Of a DNA stretch of 64,000 bases, positions 1-10,612 are shown one piece after another (within the stretch, counting starts at the first letter, position 1; each line of letters starts with the position of its first letter). The position numbers and the translations under genes were made by a program. The notes under the pieces were generated by a model that saw nothing but the letters and a program-made list of their open reading frames with translations, ran no database searches and was not told the DNA's origin. The stretch is from a bacterium (lineage in GTDB: Bacteria > Electryoneota > Electryoneia > Electryoneales > Electryoneaceae). Location of the stretch: assembly GCA_963669175.1 (NCBI GenBank), contig OY769902.1, forward strand, positions 3,296,001-3,360,000, in the 5' to 3' direction.

Positions 1-366
1 ACCCTACGCTAAAATATACCACCCCCTCTGGGGTGGCAGAAACACGAAGATGTGAGCAAGAGACAGACTATAAACCAGCTGAAAATCTTGGTACAGCTAC
101 CTTTTCTGCTATTGATGATGCTATGAAAGCCAGAATTTATCTGTATGTCACATCTTTAACCTTGTGCTCAGGTAATGTTTCCAGCAGAAAAGAGTAGCAG
201 TCCCGATTTCCCGCCAACATTCACCGCGTATTGTTGTGCGATTCCTTTGTGAGCGTGGAGGAGCGCGCGCAATTGTAACCCAGTGATACAAAACTGCTTC
301 TGTATCTCATAGTGTGTACCCGCACCAAATAGCGCGGGACCAAACAGAATTTGCTCTTAAATGAAC

Positions 367-395
367 TTGACAGTACACTGACGGTTTGTTATAAT
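367..395 (+). promoter_or_regulatory. Consensus sigma70 promoter of the merR-radical SAM unit
   Basis: TTGACA (367-372), 17-bp spacer, TATAAT (390-395) with extended -10 TG at 387-388. The short dyad CAGT-AC-ACTG (371-380) overlaps the -35 box and spacer. Confidence 0.85.
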
Positions 396-441
396 CCATA
401 CGTGTGCTGACAGGTTAATTGTTTCCAGGGAGAAATGCACC

Positions 442-1164
442 GTGGCGAAGGAAGTTTACCAGAAAGCTGAATTGCTGGAAGAGTTGGGATTAGCGCCCGA
501 ATTGCTGGCAAAGTGGGAAAAACTCGGATTGGTGCGTCCCCCGGGAATGATAGATGATGTGCCGTTTTACACACCGGAAAACATCGATCAAATCAATCAG
601 ATACAACAGCTTGTCCAGCTAGGCTATGATGTCGGAGATATTCAGAAGATTGTCCGGAAAGTTGGTTTGCCCAACAAAGACGGTAAAAGGCGGAATAAGA
701 ATACGGAAGAGGACTTGATTACCGTGGGCGAGCTTGCCAAACGAGCGAATCTGAATCCACGGACGATCAAGTACTGGGAAGAACGGGGGATTATCAGTCC
801 TGATAGTCGTTCAACCGGTGGATTTCGCTTATACGCTACGAACTATGTGTACTTGTGCGAACTGATCCAGGATCTTCAGCGTTTTGGTTATTCGCTTGAA
901 GAAATCAAGGAAACAGCCGATTTGTTCCGTGATTTCGTAGCGATTCGCGGGGGCTACGCCCAGATGAAACCCGAGGAAAAACTCGAGCGTTTTACAGTAA
1001 TGGAAGATAGAATCACCCAGGTACGGGATAAGATGAACGTGTTGAAGCAGGGGATCGCACGTTGGGAAGGCTTATTAAAGAAGCATCGTCGCGGCTTGAA
1101 CCTGTTGAAGAAACAGGCGACAGAAGAATTGCAGAAGCGGAGTAACGATAATAATAACAAATAG
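442..1164 (+). CDS. MerR-family transcriptional regulator with two tandem MerR HTH domains
   Basis: GTG start after AGGGAG. N-terminal HTH (ELAKWEKLGLVRP..FYTPENI) and a second canonical one (ITVGELAKRANLNPRTIKYWEERGII..STGGFRLY), followed by a coiled coil. Confidence 0.85.
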   Translation: MAKEVYQKAELLEELGLAPELLAKWEKLGLVRPPGMIDDVPFYTPENIDQINQIQQLVQLGYDVGDIQKIVRKVGLPNKDGKRRNKNTEEDLITVGELAKRANLNPRTIKYWEERGIISPDSRSTGGFRLYATNYVYLCELIQDLQRFGYSLEEIKETADLFRDFVAIRGGYAQMKPEEKLERFTVMEDRITQVRDKMNVLKQGIARWEGLLKKHRRGLNLLKKQATEELQKRSNDNNNK

Positions 1165-1218
1165 ATGTTTTTTAAGCCGAAAAAACAACCTCAAGGCTGA
1201 GGAAAAGGAGAATGTTTT

Positions 1219-2664
1219 ATGGCGTTCAAACTGGTGATGATTGAGCCCAAGGCACCCAACCTGCATATCTTTTCGGGGTTTTCACTACCGCGCCTGGGAT
1301 CGGTTATCCTGGGAACCCTGGCGCACAAGCTGGGCTGGGACGTTTCTGTTGTAATCGAAGAACAGTATCCGATAGACTGGGAAGAAGTTGCCAAAGCTGA
1401 TCTTGTGGGAGTATCCACAATCACGTCCACAGCGCCACGAGCATATGCAGTAGCCGAACGTGCCAGGAAACTCGGTGTGCCGGTAATCATGGGCGGGCCG
1501 CATGTGACTTTCCTGCCGGATGAAGCGATGGAACATGCAGACTTTGTAATGCGTGGGGAGGGGGAAGCAGCGTTCCCTTTATTCCTGTATGAATTTGCCA
1601 CAACCCACCACTGGACAAAGGTGCCTAACCTGAGTTGGCGAAAGCCGAATAGGGATATCATCCACAACGAGATGAGCGCAGACAGGATTGATCTTCGGAA
1701 TATTCCGCTGCCTGAATGGTCGCTGGTGAAAGGTAAATCGCTGGTGATGGGCGGAAAGCGGATCGTCCCGATTCAAACATCGCGCGGATGTCCGTTTGAC
1801 TGTTCCTTCTGTTCCGTAACGGGGATGTTTGGCCGGAAATACCGTCAGCGTCCGGTTGAACATATTCTTCAGGAACTGCGCCTGTACAATGACTCACGGA
1901 ATTTCATCTTCTTCTATGACGATCATTTTACCGCCAACAAGTCGCGTACGCGAGAATTGCTGAACGCCATGATAGCAGAGAATTTCAAATTTAAATTCTC
2001 AGCGCAGTTGCGGGCGGATGTGGCGCGTGATGTGGAAATGGTCAAGCTGTTAAAGAAGGCAGGATGTCACACGGTCTTCATCGGGTTCGAATCGGTGAAT
2101 CCTGTCAGTCTGGAGTCGATGAAAAAGCAGGCGACTGTGGAAGATATGGCAAATGCGGCGCAAGTGTTTGATCGTCACGGGATTCACATTCACGGTATGT
2201 TTATCCTGGGACTGGATGATGATCAACCGGAGACCATCAAGCAGACTGTACGCTTTGCCCGAAAGAACAGGCTGTCTTCCGCACAGTTCCTTATCCTGAT
2301 TCCCTTGCCGGGGACACGAAACTACGAGAAATTGAAGGCGGAAGGGCGGATAACATTTTCCGACTGGAGCCTGTATGATGCTCATCATGTTGTGTACAAT
2401 CCTACCAACTTCAGCCTTGCAGCGTTACAGCGTGCCCAGGTGTGGGCGCATGCGCAGTTCTATTCGTTGCGTGAAACGACAAAGCGTCTGTTCATGTTCC
2501 GGTTTGTCGATATAGGTATTGCCCATTATGCGCGGCGACTGAATCTGAACTGGATCAAGAAAAACAAGGCGTACATGAAGCTGTTGGAGTTGCTGAAACC
2601 GCAGAAGGATGCTGCTATTAAAGCGGATTTTCGACAGGTGATAGATCTGGAAGAGGCTGCGTAG
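1219..2664 (+). CDS. Cobalamin-binding radical SAM protein
   Basis: B12-binding-like N-terminus (ADLVGVSTITSTAPRAY..VIMGGPH), QTSRGCPFDCSFC CxxxCxxC motif, FYDDHF, IGFES. RBS AAGGAG. Confidence 0.9.
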   Translation: MAFKLVMIEPKAPNLHIFSGFSLPRLGSVILGTLAHKLGWDVSVVIEEQYPIDWEEVAKADLVGVSTITSTAPRAYAVAERARKLGVPVIMGGPHVTFLPDEAMEHADFVMRGEGEAAFPLFLYEFATTHHWTKVPNLSWRKPNRDIIHNEMSADRIDLRNIPLPEWSLVKGKSLVMGGKRIVPIQTSRGCPFDCSFCSVTGMFGRKYRQRPVEHILQELRLYNDSRNFIFFYDDHFTANKSRTRELLNAMIAENFKFKFSAQLRADVARDVEMVKLLKKAGCHTVFIGFESVNPVSLESMKKQATVEDMANAAQVFDRHGIHIHGMFILGLDDDQPETIKQTVRFARKNRLSSAQFLILIPLPGTRNYEKLKAEGRITFSDWSLYDAHHVVYNPTNFSLAALQRAQVWAHAQFYSLRETTKRLFMFRFVDIGIAHYARRLNLNWIKKNKAYMKLLELLKPQKDAAIKADFRQVIDLEEAA

Positions 2665-2707
2665 TATTTGAAGCACAAGACTGGGCCAAAATGCGAGAGA
2701 GCAAAAA

Positions 2708-2733
2708 AAACGCCGCGAAATATCGCGGCGTTT
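2708..2733. terminator. Bidirectional intrinsic terminator
   Basis: AAACGCCGCGA-AATA-TCGCGGCGTTT hairpin with an A tract, between convergent genes. Confidence 0.85.
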
Positions 2734-2761
2734 CAGGATCTACAAATCTGCAATAGTGTTT

Positions 2762-3553
2762 CTAGTTTTCGATCCCCAGTGCGGGGCAGAGGTCTGCGAT
2801 GGACGGCACCACGGCATCCGGAATCACACCGGTACGTTTGACAAAGTCAAAATCATACTTGCCGGTCTTGACCATGGCAGTCTTGATACCGACACGTTGC
2901 GCGCCGAAAATGTCTGCTTCGATATCGTCGCCAACCATCAGGGTGCGTGCCGGGTCGATTTTGTACATCTCCAGCAGGCCTTTGTAGAATCCCACGGAAG
3001 GCTTACCCACGATTTCCGCTGATTTGCCTGTGGCGTATTCAATTGCGGCAACATAAGGACCGAGATCCAGGCGAAGCCCTTCGACCGCACGTTTGCGCCA
3101 GAAACGGTTCTTCTGCAACGCGATGAAGTGGCTGCCACTGAATACGAGCTGGAAGATCTCGTCGAGAATCTCGGGAGTCCATTCATTTCCAAGGTCACCC
3201 ATGACAACAGCGCCGGAACGCCGTTTTCCGATCTTCAGCCCTTCAAAGTCTTCCATGACTGATTCGTTGACGTAGAGCGCCACGGTTGGTTTTTTCATTT
3301 TCAGAATTTTGTCACGAGCAATAATCGCCGGGCAGATCACATCTTCAAGGTCCACATTGAAGCCGAGCTTCAGCAGTTCTTCATGGATCTGACGACGTGG
3401 TTTACGGGTTGTATTGGTGACAAATGCTACTTTAATGTTTAAGGCACGAAGCTTTTTTACTGTTGCTGTACCACCGGGGATTGGCTGGTCTGAAAGGGTT
3501 AATACTCCATCGATATCGAGAAATACCTGATCAATACCACGAATTGCGGCCAT
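2762..3553 (-). CDS. HAD-superfamily subfamily IIA hydrolase (LHPP/HDHD2-like)
   Basis: FLDIDGVL motif I, FVTNTT, VGKPS, MVGDDIEADIFGAQ, VKTGKY. Start moved to ATG 3553. Confidence 0.88.
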   Translation of the reverse strand: MAAIRGIDQVFLDIDGVLTLSDQPIPGGTATVKKLRALNIKVAFVTNTTRKPRRQIHEELLKLGFNVDLEDVICPAIIARDKILKMKKPTVALYVNESVMEDFEGLKIGKRRSGAVVMGDLGNEWTPEILDEIFQLVFSGSHFIALQKNRFWRKRAVEGLRLDLGPYVAAIEYATGKSAEIVGKPSVGFYKGLLEMYKIDPARTLMVGDDIEADIFGAQRVGIKTAMVKTGKYDFDFVKRTGVIPDAVVPSIADLCPALGIEN

Positions 3554-3803
3554 GATGTTAGTCCTGTAAGTTGGTTGTTGGTAGTTTTTTGTGAACCGCA
3601 AATATAGGTTGAATCAGGTAAAAAGCCAAAAAAATGACTCTCAGTCTCTTAGAGGCTTGATTCTCCGGAAAGAGGGCGAAGGACCACAGGCTTTTCTTAA
3701 AACGATTTCATGCCGCTTCAACTTGCAGCGAATACGCAATAATCCTACCTTTCGTAACGAGTTATTACTAGTCAAAACACATGCTAACCGAGGCGTACCG
3801 TCC

Positions 3804-6545
3804 ATGCCCGAACGTCTTTTCCTGATAGATGCCATGGCGCAGATTTACCGTGCGCATTTTGCCATGAGTCGAAACCCGCTTTTTACGACAAAAGGTGAAA
3901 ATGTCTCTGCCGTTTTCGGCTTCACCAACATTCTGCTGAACCTGTTGCGAACCGAAAAGCCTGACCGTCTGGCTGTCGTGTTTGACGCTCCGGAAAGGAC
4001 ATTCCGTCAGCAGATCTACGAAGAGTATAAAGCGACCCGGGACAAGATGCCGGATGAGCTGGTTGCGCAGCTTCCTCGTATTGATGAAATACTTGAAGCG
4101 TTTAATTTAACCAAAGTTATTTTACCGGGATACGAGGCTGATGATTTGGTGGGAACTCTGGCGAAACAGGGGGCTGCCAAAGGATATGACGTTTACCTCG
4201 TAACCGGCGATAAAGACTATTATCAGCTCGTTGATGACAATGTTTTCTTCTACAATCCAAGCAAACGATCACGTGCGGGTGAGGTAGAAGTATTCGGACC
4301 GGAAGGTGTAAAAGAGATCTTTGGCGTACTGCCGGACAAAGTGATTGATGTGTTGGCATTGGCTGGGGATACTTCAGATAATGTTCCCGGCGTGCCGAAA
4401 ATCGGGATGAAAACGGCTGTCAAACTGGTTGAGCAGTATGGCAATATGGAAGCTGCCCTGAGTCACTGGGAGGAGGTTGGCGGGAAGACTGGCGAAAACC
4501 TGCGTGATTTCCGTGAGCAGGCGCTGATGTCCAAGCGACTGGTTACCATCCGTAGAGAAGCGCCGATAAGTGTGTCCTTTGATGATCTGATCCTGGAGGA
4601 CTGGAAGGGCGAAAAAGCACGTAAGCTGTTTGTAGAGCTGGGGTTCAAGACGCTGTTGCGCCATCTGGAGACAGAACCGCTTACCATAGAATCACAATCT
4701 GGCGGGATAGATTACACAGCCGTTACAGATGAAGACGCACTCAAGCAACTGATTGATACGCTAGGCAAATCAAGTCGTTTTGCATTCGATACAGAAACGA
4801 CTTCAACTGACGCCATGAATGCGGAATTGGTGGGAATGTCTTTTTCAGTGCGTACCGGGCAGGCCTGGTATGTACCGGTCAACTATTTCCAGTTCAAAGA
4901 TATGGATTCTGTTCCCAATGATGGGCAACCATTAAAAAAATGCGGCCCGGTTCGGGACCGGTTACTGGACATTTTAAGGCCGGTTCTGGTTGGTGGTCCG
5001 GGAAAGATCACGCAAAACGGCAAGTATGATTTCCTGGTATTGAAGAAATACGGGCTGCATTGCGCTCCCTTGGCCTTTGATACGATGCTCGCTGATTACC
5101 TGATCAATCCGGGGCAGCGTGGACATAATATAGACGCTTTAGCTTTGAACTACCTGAAAATTAAAAAGGTGCCTACGAATGAACTGATCGGAACAGGTAA
5201 GGGACAGATCACCATGGATCATGTGCCGCTTACCCAGATCACGCATTACGCCTGTGAAGATGCGGATGTGACACTTCGCCTGATGGAAATCCTGGAGCAG
5301 AAGCTGGAACAGAAAGGTCTCCAGGATTTGATGGAGACTGTAGAGTTGCCCATCAGCGATGTTCTGCTCCAGATGGAAGCTAATGGTATCAAGCTGGATG
5401 TCGGACTGCTGAACAAGATGAGCAAAGAGCTGGCCGGCGACATAACCCAACTGGAAGCGGAATGTCATTTGATCGCCGGGACAGAGTTCAACTTGAACAG
5501 CCCCAAGCAGTTGCAGCATATCCTGTTCGAAAAGCTTAACCTGCCGACAAAAATGTCACGCAAGACCAAGACGGGGTATTCAACAGATCAGGATGTTCTG
5601 GAAAAGTTGGCTCCGCTTGATCCTTTACCGCAGAAACTGCTGGAATATCGTCAACTTCAGAAGCTGCAAAGTACGTATGTAGAGGCCTTGCCTGCATTGG
5701 TAAACAAAGCAACTGGCAGGGTTCACACCAGTTACAACCAGGCTGTGGCTGCTACCGGGCGATTGTCCTCAACAGATCCGAACCTGCAGAATATCCCGAT
5801 CCGAACCGAAATGGGCGCCGAGATCAGGCGTGCTTTTATAGCAGATGAAGGCAACCTCCTGCTAAGTGCGGACTACAGCCAGGTGGAATTGCGGATGATG
5901 GCGCATCTTTCCGGGGACAAGGATCTGATCGCCGCGTTCGAAGAAGGGCAGGATATTCACACCGCGACAGCAGCAAAGATATTCCGGGTGAATCCTGCTG
6001 ATGTCAGTAAACAGCAGCGCAGCGCATCCAAAGCTGTGAATTTCGGCGTGTTGTTCGGGATGCGTGAGTATGGCCTGTCCAGCCGCCTGGGCATCAGTAT
6101 CAAACAGGCAAAAGAGTTTATTGAGGGGTATTTCGGCGCTTATCCTCGTGTGGAGGAATTCATCAACGAACTGCTGAAGGCCGCCTATGAGGATGGATAT
6201 GTGTCAACTATTCTCGGCAGAAGGCGTCCGCTTCCGGAATTGAAATCAAGCAACAAGAATGTGAAAATGCAGGCCGAACGCATGGCCATTGCAACAACGG
6301 TGCAAGGAAGCGCCGCTGATTTGATCAAGCTGGCCATGATTACACTGCATCGTGATCTGAAGCGTGAAAAGCCACCCTACAAGATGCTGCTGCAGGTACA
6401 TGACGAACTGATTTTCGAGATCCCGGAAGGGGAGGAAGAGCAGGCCGCGAAGTGGGTAGGCGAACGTATGGAAAGCGCCATGGACTTGAAAGTCCCGCTT
6501 GTTGTGGATGCCGGATGGGGAAAAAACTGGCTGGAAGCGCATTGA
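3804..6545 (+). CDS. polA: DNA polymerase I
   Basis: 5'-3' exonuclease (LIDAMAQIYRAHFA, YEADD, GDTSDNVPGV), 3'-5' exonuclease (FDTETT) and polymerase motifs (TGRLSSTDPNLQNIP, SADYSQVELR, LQVHDEL). Likely start ATG 3804. Confidence 0.97.
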   Translation: MPERLFLIDAMAQIYRAHFAMSRNPLFTTKGENVSAVFGFTNILLNLLRTEKPDRLAVVFDAPERTFRQQIYEEYKATRDKMPDELVAQLPRIDEILEAFNLTKVILPGYEADDLVGTLAKQGAAKGYDVYLVTGDKDYYQLVDDNVFFYNPSKRSRAGEVEVFGPEGVKEIFGVLPDKVIDVLALAGDTSDNVPGVPKIGMKTAVKLVEQYGNMEAALSHWEEVGGKTGENLRDFREQALMSKRLVTIRREAPISVSFDDLILEDWKGEKARKLFVELGFKTLLRHLETEPLTIESQSGGIDYTAVTDEDALKQLIDTLGKSSRFAFDTETTSTDAMNAELVGMSFSVRTGQAWYVPVNYFQFKDMDSVPNDGQPLKKCGPVRDRLLDILRPVLVGGPGKITQNGKYDFLVLKKYGLHCAPLAFDTMLADYLINPGQRGHNIDALALNYLKIKKVPTNELIGTGKGQITMDHVPLTQITHYACEDADVTLRLMEILEQKLEQKGLQDLMETVELPISDVLLQMEANGIKLDVGLLNKMSKELAGDITQLEAECHLIAGTEFNLNSPKQLQHILFEKLNLPTKMSRKTKTGYSTDQDVLEKLAPLDPLPQKLLEYRQLQKLQSTYVEALPALVNKATGRVHTSYNQAVAATGRLSSTDPNLQNIPIRTEMGAEIRRAFIADEGNLLLSADYSQVELRMMAHLSGDKDLIAAFEEGQDIHTATAAKIFRVNPADVSKQQRSASKAVNFGVLFGMREYGLSSRLGISIKQAKEFIEGYFGAYPRVEEFINELLKAAYEDGYVSTILGRRRPLPELKSSNKNVKMQAERMAIATTVQGSAADLIKLAMITLHRDLKREKPPYKMLLQVHDELIFEIPEGEEEQAAKWVGERMESAMDLKVPLVVDAGWGKNWLEAH

Positions 6546-6571
6546 TGATCTTAATAGCCGGGTAAAGGATA

Positions 6572-8227
6572 GTGCAACGACAACTTCAAGTATCACTCGT
6601 TATAGTTTTGTTTCTGTTGGCTGTCAGTTCCTGCCTGTATGCAGAATCGACAGCGCGTTACTGGGTGTCGTTTGTTGACCGTGGCTCGTGGGAAGCCTTC
6701 AGCAGTGAACAGGTTGACTCCCTGGCAAGAGGCTATGTCTCTGAAGCCGCGATAGTAAGGCGTAAAGTTGAGGGAATAGTTGAAGATTCTTTATTGACGC
6801 TTGCCGATTTACCACCAGCGCCCGAATATATAAAAGCGGTTGAAGATTGTGATGTAACGATGCGACAACACTCGCACTGGTTCAATCGTATCAGCGTTGA
6901 AACTGACGTAGCTTCAATTGATAAAATCGCTGAACTTCCCTTTGTTCGTGACATTTCGCCAGTAGCCTGTGGGAAGACAACGGGTTTCAGTTATGAAGTG
7001 GCGGGTCAATGGGATGGTTATCCGCCGCCCGGAGCGGGCACAGATTTGCCTGGGCTGTATGGCCCTTCCTATTTGCAGAACCTGATGGTGAATGCTGTTG
7101 AAGCGCACAGGTTGGGGTATACCGGTCAGGGGGTATTGCTGGTTGTGCTTGATAGTGGTTTTGAGTTGTCGCATGAAGCGTTTACCTCGTTGGATGTGTT
7201 CGCCGAATATGATTTCATCGAGGATGATGACTACACCGGATATGAACCTGATGAGGATGTTGGCGGTCAGCCGGGACATGGCACAGCGTGTATGTCAGTT
7301 ATCGCCGGATATGCCCCGGGCAACCTGATTGGTATAGCTCATGGCGTTACGTTGATTCTTGGCAAGACAGAGGATGTCCGTTGCGAGGCAGAGCAGGAAG
7401 AGGATGATTTTATCGCCGCGCTTGAATGGGCGGAAAGGTTGGGTGCTCGCGTCCTCAGTTCGTCGTTATCGTATAAGGATTGGTATTCGTTCGCTGATTT
7501 TGACGGCCATACCCCGTTTATCAGCCAGGCAGTGAATCATGCACGAAAGCTCGGCGTAATGCCTGCGACTTCTTTGGGTAACGAAGGCCCGCAGCCACGT
7601 ACGCTTGGAGCTCCTTGTGATGCACCGGGAGCTTTGGGGATTGGAGCCGTGGACAGCACGGGAAAGATTGCACGTTTTTCCAGTCGTGGACCAACCAGTG
7701 ATGACAGAATCAAGCCGGATCTGTGTGCGATGGGGGTTCGAACCGCGAACGTGCAACCACGGACAGAACACGCTTATGCCCGCTGGAATGGCACCAGTCT
7801 TTCCTGTCCGGTAATCGGAGGAGTTCTTGCTCTGGTTCGAGGCGCGCATCCGGACTGGAACACAGACAGGGTTGAAGAAGCATTGAAGATGACAGCATCA
7901 CAGGCTGACCATCCCGATAATATCTATGGCTGGGGTATTCCGGATGTGATGGCCGCGATTCGTTATCCTGAAGTGGACGTGTATGTTATTGACGCTAGCG
8001 GCATCCCGGTACAGGGGGCTACAGTTACGTTGACATCAACGGAATCCGACATTGCGCCAAGGATAATGACGGATGAAGCTGGGATTGCTTTACTCCCAAA
8101 TCTCCCGCAAGTAAACTGGTCGTATGATGTTGCTATTGTTGACAAAGAGCAGCAGGTTGAGATACCCTTGGGAGGAGGGGAGTTTTTCCTTCCGCATGGT
8201 GGAAAAGTTGAAGTCGTGATTCCCTAG
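6572..8227 (+). CDS. Secreted S8 (subtilisin-like) serine peptidase
   Basis: Signal peptide, propeptide, catalytic triad VLDSG / GHGT / NGTSLSCP, FSSRGPT..IKPDL, C-terminal carboxypeptidase-regulatory-like domain. Confidence 0.92.
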   Translation: MQRQLQVSLVIVLFLLAVSSCLYAESTARYWVSFVDRGSWEAFSSEQVDSLARGYVSEAAIVRRKVEGIVEDSLLTLADLPPAPEYIKAVEDCDVTMRQHSHWFNRISVETDVASIDKIAELPFVRDISPVACGKTTGFSYEVAGQWDGYPPPGAGTDLPGLYGPSYLQNLMVNAVEAHRLGYTGQGVLLVVLDSGFELSHEAFTSLDVFAEYDFIEDDDYTGYEPDEDVGGQPGHGTACMSVIAGYAPGNLIGIAHGVTLILGKTEDVRCEAEQEEDDFIAALEWAERLGARVLSSSLSYKDWYSFADFDGHTPFISQAVNHARKLGVMPATSLGNEGPQPRTLGAPCDAPGALGIGAVDSTGKIARFSSRGPTSDDRIKPDLCAMGVRTANVQPRTEHAYARWNGTSLSCPVIGGVLALVRGAHPDWNTDRVEEALKMTASQADHPDNIYGWGIPDVMAAIRYPEVDVYVIDASGIPVQGATVTLTSTESDIAPRIMTDEAGIALLPNLPQVNWSYDVAIVDKEQQVEIPLGGGEFFLPHGGKVEVVIP

Positions 8228-8250
8228 AAAAGACAATACAGGGTGATGAA

Positions 8251-9327
8251 GTGAGAACGAAGGCATTTCTCCAGTTTTTTACAGGAATAGTATTACTGTT
8301 CACGTTGATGATTGTGACAGGTTGTCCGCCTGCGCCACTACCCTCTGAAGAACCGGACACGACTGCTGTGGAAGCTCCGGAAGAACCGGAGAAGGTTGTT
8401 TGCCTGACGCCAACTGTTGACAGTGAGAACCTGCGTGCCACTCCCAACGGTAAAAAGGTTGGCGAGGTTGCTCGTGGCGATACGCTTGTCCTGGTTCAGC
8501 GTCGGGGTAACTGGTGTGAAGTGAATCACCTTGTGCTGGGCGACTGTTTTATCTGGGCTCAATCCGTAGGCTTTAATCGAATCAATGAATGCGACCTGAA
8601 CTGGTTGCTGAATGGGAATAAAGGCTATGCTTCATTGGACAGCATCGTTGCTGTTTTTGGCGAACCAAGCAAACTGACTGTCGAGGGCGGAGTGTTGGTT
8701 CATGCTTCCTACTTTGCGGTAAATAAGGATAAAAGCTTGCTGCTTGGGACTACCAGGTTTAAGGAGATTATCCTTGTAGCAGACCTCGAAACACGCGCTA
8801 TTCTTGAAGTAACCATCACTCTTTCGCCTTTTGAGGGTGATCTTGACCAAATGCTGGCGTTTCTGGGGCTTCCCAAAACGAAATCGACCGGTTCAGATTT
8901 TGAGCGAGTGCGTTTCAAGAGCAGGTTTAAGGGAATAGCTTTGATGGAGTTATTGCGCTACCAGGGTGACTTTACGAAATATGGCGCGGTGCAGGCATGG
9001 AAATATCCTCAGCGACGTTGGGCTACAAATGTTGAAATTACAACCAAGGATGTTGATTATAATGCGCCTGGGATAGTGGTTACCGTGGGCATGCGAAACA
9101 ATAGTAATTCCCTGGCTTTTGCCGGACCGTTCATCGAGCTGGGAGTGTATGAGGATACTCGCGTCATCGGGAACTACACCCTGGGGCCGGGAAACTTGCG
9201 CCTGGATCCACATGAGACCAGTTCCGCCATGTTTCCTGTCTTTGATCTCGGGCAGGAAATTGATCCGCACAAGTTGAACCTTACTGCAAAACTGGTAGAT
9301 ATGAGCGAAGTTCCAGTGTCAGAGTAA
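8251..9327 (+). CDS. Putative lipoprotein with SH3-like domain
   Basis: Lipobox-like IVTGC. NLRATPNGKKVGEVARGDTLVLVQRRGNWCEV resembles a bacterial SH3 domain. Confidence 0.65.
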   Translation: MRTKAFLQFFTGIVLLFTLMIVTGCPPAPLPSEEPDTTAVEAPEEPEKVVCLTPTVDSENLRATPNGKKVGEVARGDTLVLVQRRGNWCEVNHLVLGDCFIWAQSVGFNRINECDLNWLLNGNKGYASLDSIVAVFGEPSKLTVEGGVLVHASYFAVNKDKSLLLGTTRFKEIILVADLETRAILEVTITLSPFEGDLDQMLAFLGLPKTKSTGSDFERVRFKSRFKGIALMELLRYQGDFTKYGAVQAWKYPQRRWATNVEITTKDVDYNAPGIVVTVGMRNNSNSLAFAGPFIELGVYEDTRVIGNYTLGPGNLRLDPHETSSAMFPVFDLGQEIDPHKLNLTAKLVDMSEVPVSE

Positions 9328-9345
9328 GAAAAGAGAGAGTCTTCC

Positions 9346-9858
9346 ATGAAGTTTGCCATCCTATCTGACAGTCATGATCACCTGCGGAATCTTCGCTGGG
9401 CTATTGCTGAAGCGAAAGAGCAGCAGGTGGATGTGATTATTCATGCGGGGGATTTTGTTGCTCCATTTACGATTGACGTTTTAAAAGAAGCCGGTGTGCC
9501 GGTGTTTGGTGTGTTCGGCAACTGCGACGGTGAACACACGGGACTTAAAAAGAGGTTTGAAGAGCTTCCGGTGGGAAGCGAGATTCATACTGAGCCGCAT
9601 ATTCTTGAGCTGGATGGATTCCGGATCGCATTGATGCACCGTCCCAACTGGGTGAAAGCGTTTTCCCAGTCTGAAGTGGACATGGTCATCTTCGGACATC
9701 TGCATGAGCTGCATATTCAGAACAAGCCGCCCTGGATTATCAATCCCGGCGAGGTATTTGGACAACGATCCGAAATCGGTCCGACCATTGTCATATTCGA
9801 CACAGAAGTCGGTGAACCGGAAGTACGACGATTGAAAGAGCTGTATGACCATGACTGA
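9346..9858 (+). CDS. YfcE/MJ0936-like metallophosphoesterase
   Basis: ILSDSHD, HAGD, VFGNCD, FGHLH, INPG motifs. Confidence 0.9.
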   Translation: MKFAILSDSHDHLRNLRWAIAEAKEQQVDVIIHAGDFVAPFTIDVLKEAGVPVFGVFGNCDGEHTGLKKRFEELPVGSEIHTEPHILELDGFRIALMHRPNWVKAFSQSEVDMVIFGHLHELHIQNKPPWIINPGEVFGQRSEIGPTIVIFDTEVGEPEVRRLKELYDHD

Positions 9859-10567
9859 GAACCTGCACGACAGCCTGCCGCAGAAACTGATCATATTTGA
9901 TGTTGATGGTACGTTGATGATGAACGGTACCGTGGTCAAGGAGGCGTTTCAACAGGCGTTTCTGGATGTGACCGGAAAAGAACCCTTGCGAGAAGGTGTT
10001 GTTTTTGCAGGTATGACGGATAAAGGAATCTTTCGTCAACTTATGGAAGCCGCGCATGTTTCAAGTGACATGAATGGAACGTACGAACGGTTCGTGAAGC
10101 GATTTATTGAGCTGATGGAGCAGAATTATCACTTGGTGGATTCGCAGTATTTATTGCCGGGAGTTCGTGAATTGCTGGAGGAATTGGATCACAGGGACAA
10201 TGTGATTGTCGCGCTGGGTACGGGGAATGTACGGGCAACATGTTATATCAAACTTCAATACTTCAAGATAGACCAATACTTCACCATTGGTGGTTTCGGC
10301 GGCGATTACGAATACAGACCGGACCTGGTACGGGCGGCGATTGAAGAAGCACGCGCTATTTACGGTTGGGATGGGAATATTGCTGATGATGTATGGGTGG
10401 TAGGGGATACGCCCAATGATGTTATTGCCGGGAAAGAAAATGGAACAAGAGTGTTGGCTGTGGCGAGTGGAATCATTCCCAAAGAACAGCTTATCAATAC
10501 GGATGCGGATGTGCTTCTGGATGATTTAAGCAATACCGCGAAGGTATTGGAAGTTTTTGGCGTGTAA
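9845..10567 (+). CDS. HAD-family hydrolase (phosphoglycolate phosphatase-like)
   Basis: IFDVDGTL, LGTGN, VVGDTPNDV. Start is 9845 or 9851. Confidence 0.88.
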   Translation: MTMTENLHDSLPQKLIIFDVDGTLMMNGTVVKEAFQQAFLDVTGKEPLREGVVFAGMTDKGIFRQLMEAAHVSSDMNGTYERFVKRFIELMEQNYHLVDSQYLLPGVRELLEELDHRDNVIVALGTGNVRATCYIKLQYFKIDQYFTIGGFGGDYEYRPDLVRAAIEEARAIYGWDGNIADDVWVVGDTPNDVIAGKENGTRVLAVASGIIPKEQLINTDADVLLDDLSNTAKVLEVFGV

Positions 10568-10612
10568 TTTTCTGATGTGTTAATCTCAACGGATATTGCC
10601 TACATTATCCTC

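Noticed and set aside
3-197. Open + strand frame at the window start
   Set aside because: No recognisable motif and no start within the window, so it cannot be supported as coding.
3591-3803. N-terminal extensions from the ORF track (polA here; also leuS, deoxynucleoside kinase, ACP, desulfurase and the 50758 barrel)
   Set aside because: Family homology and RBSs begin at downstream start codons. The extensions overlap divergent genes or promoters.
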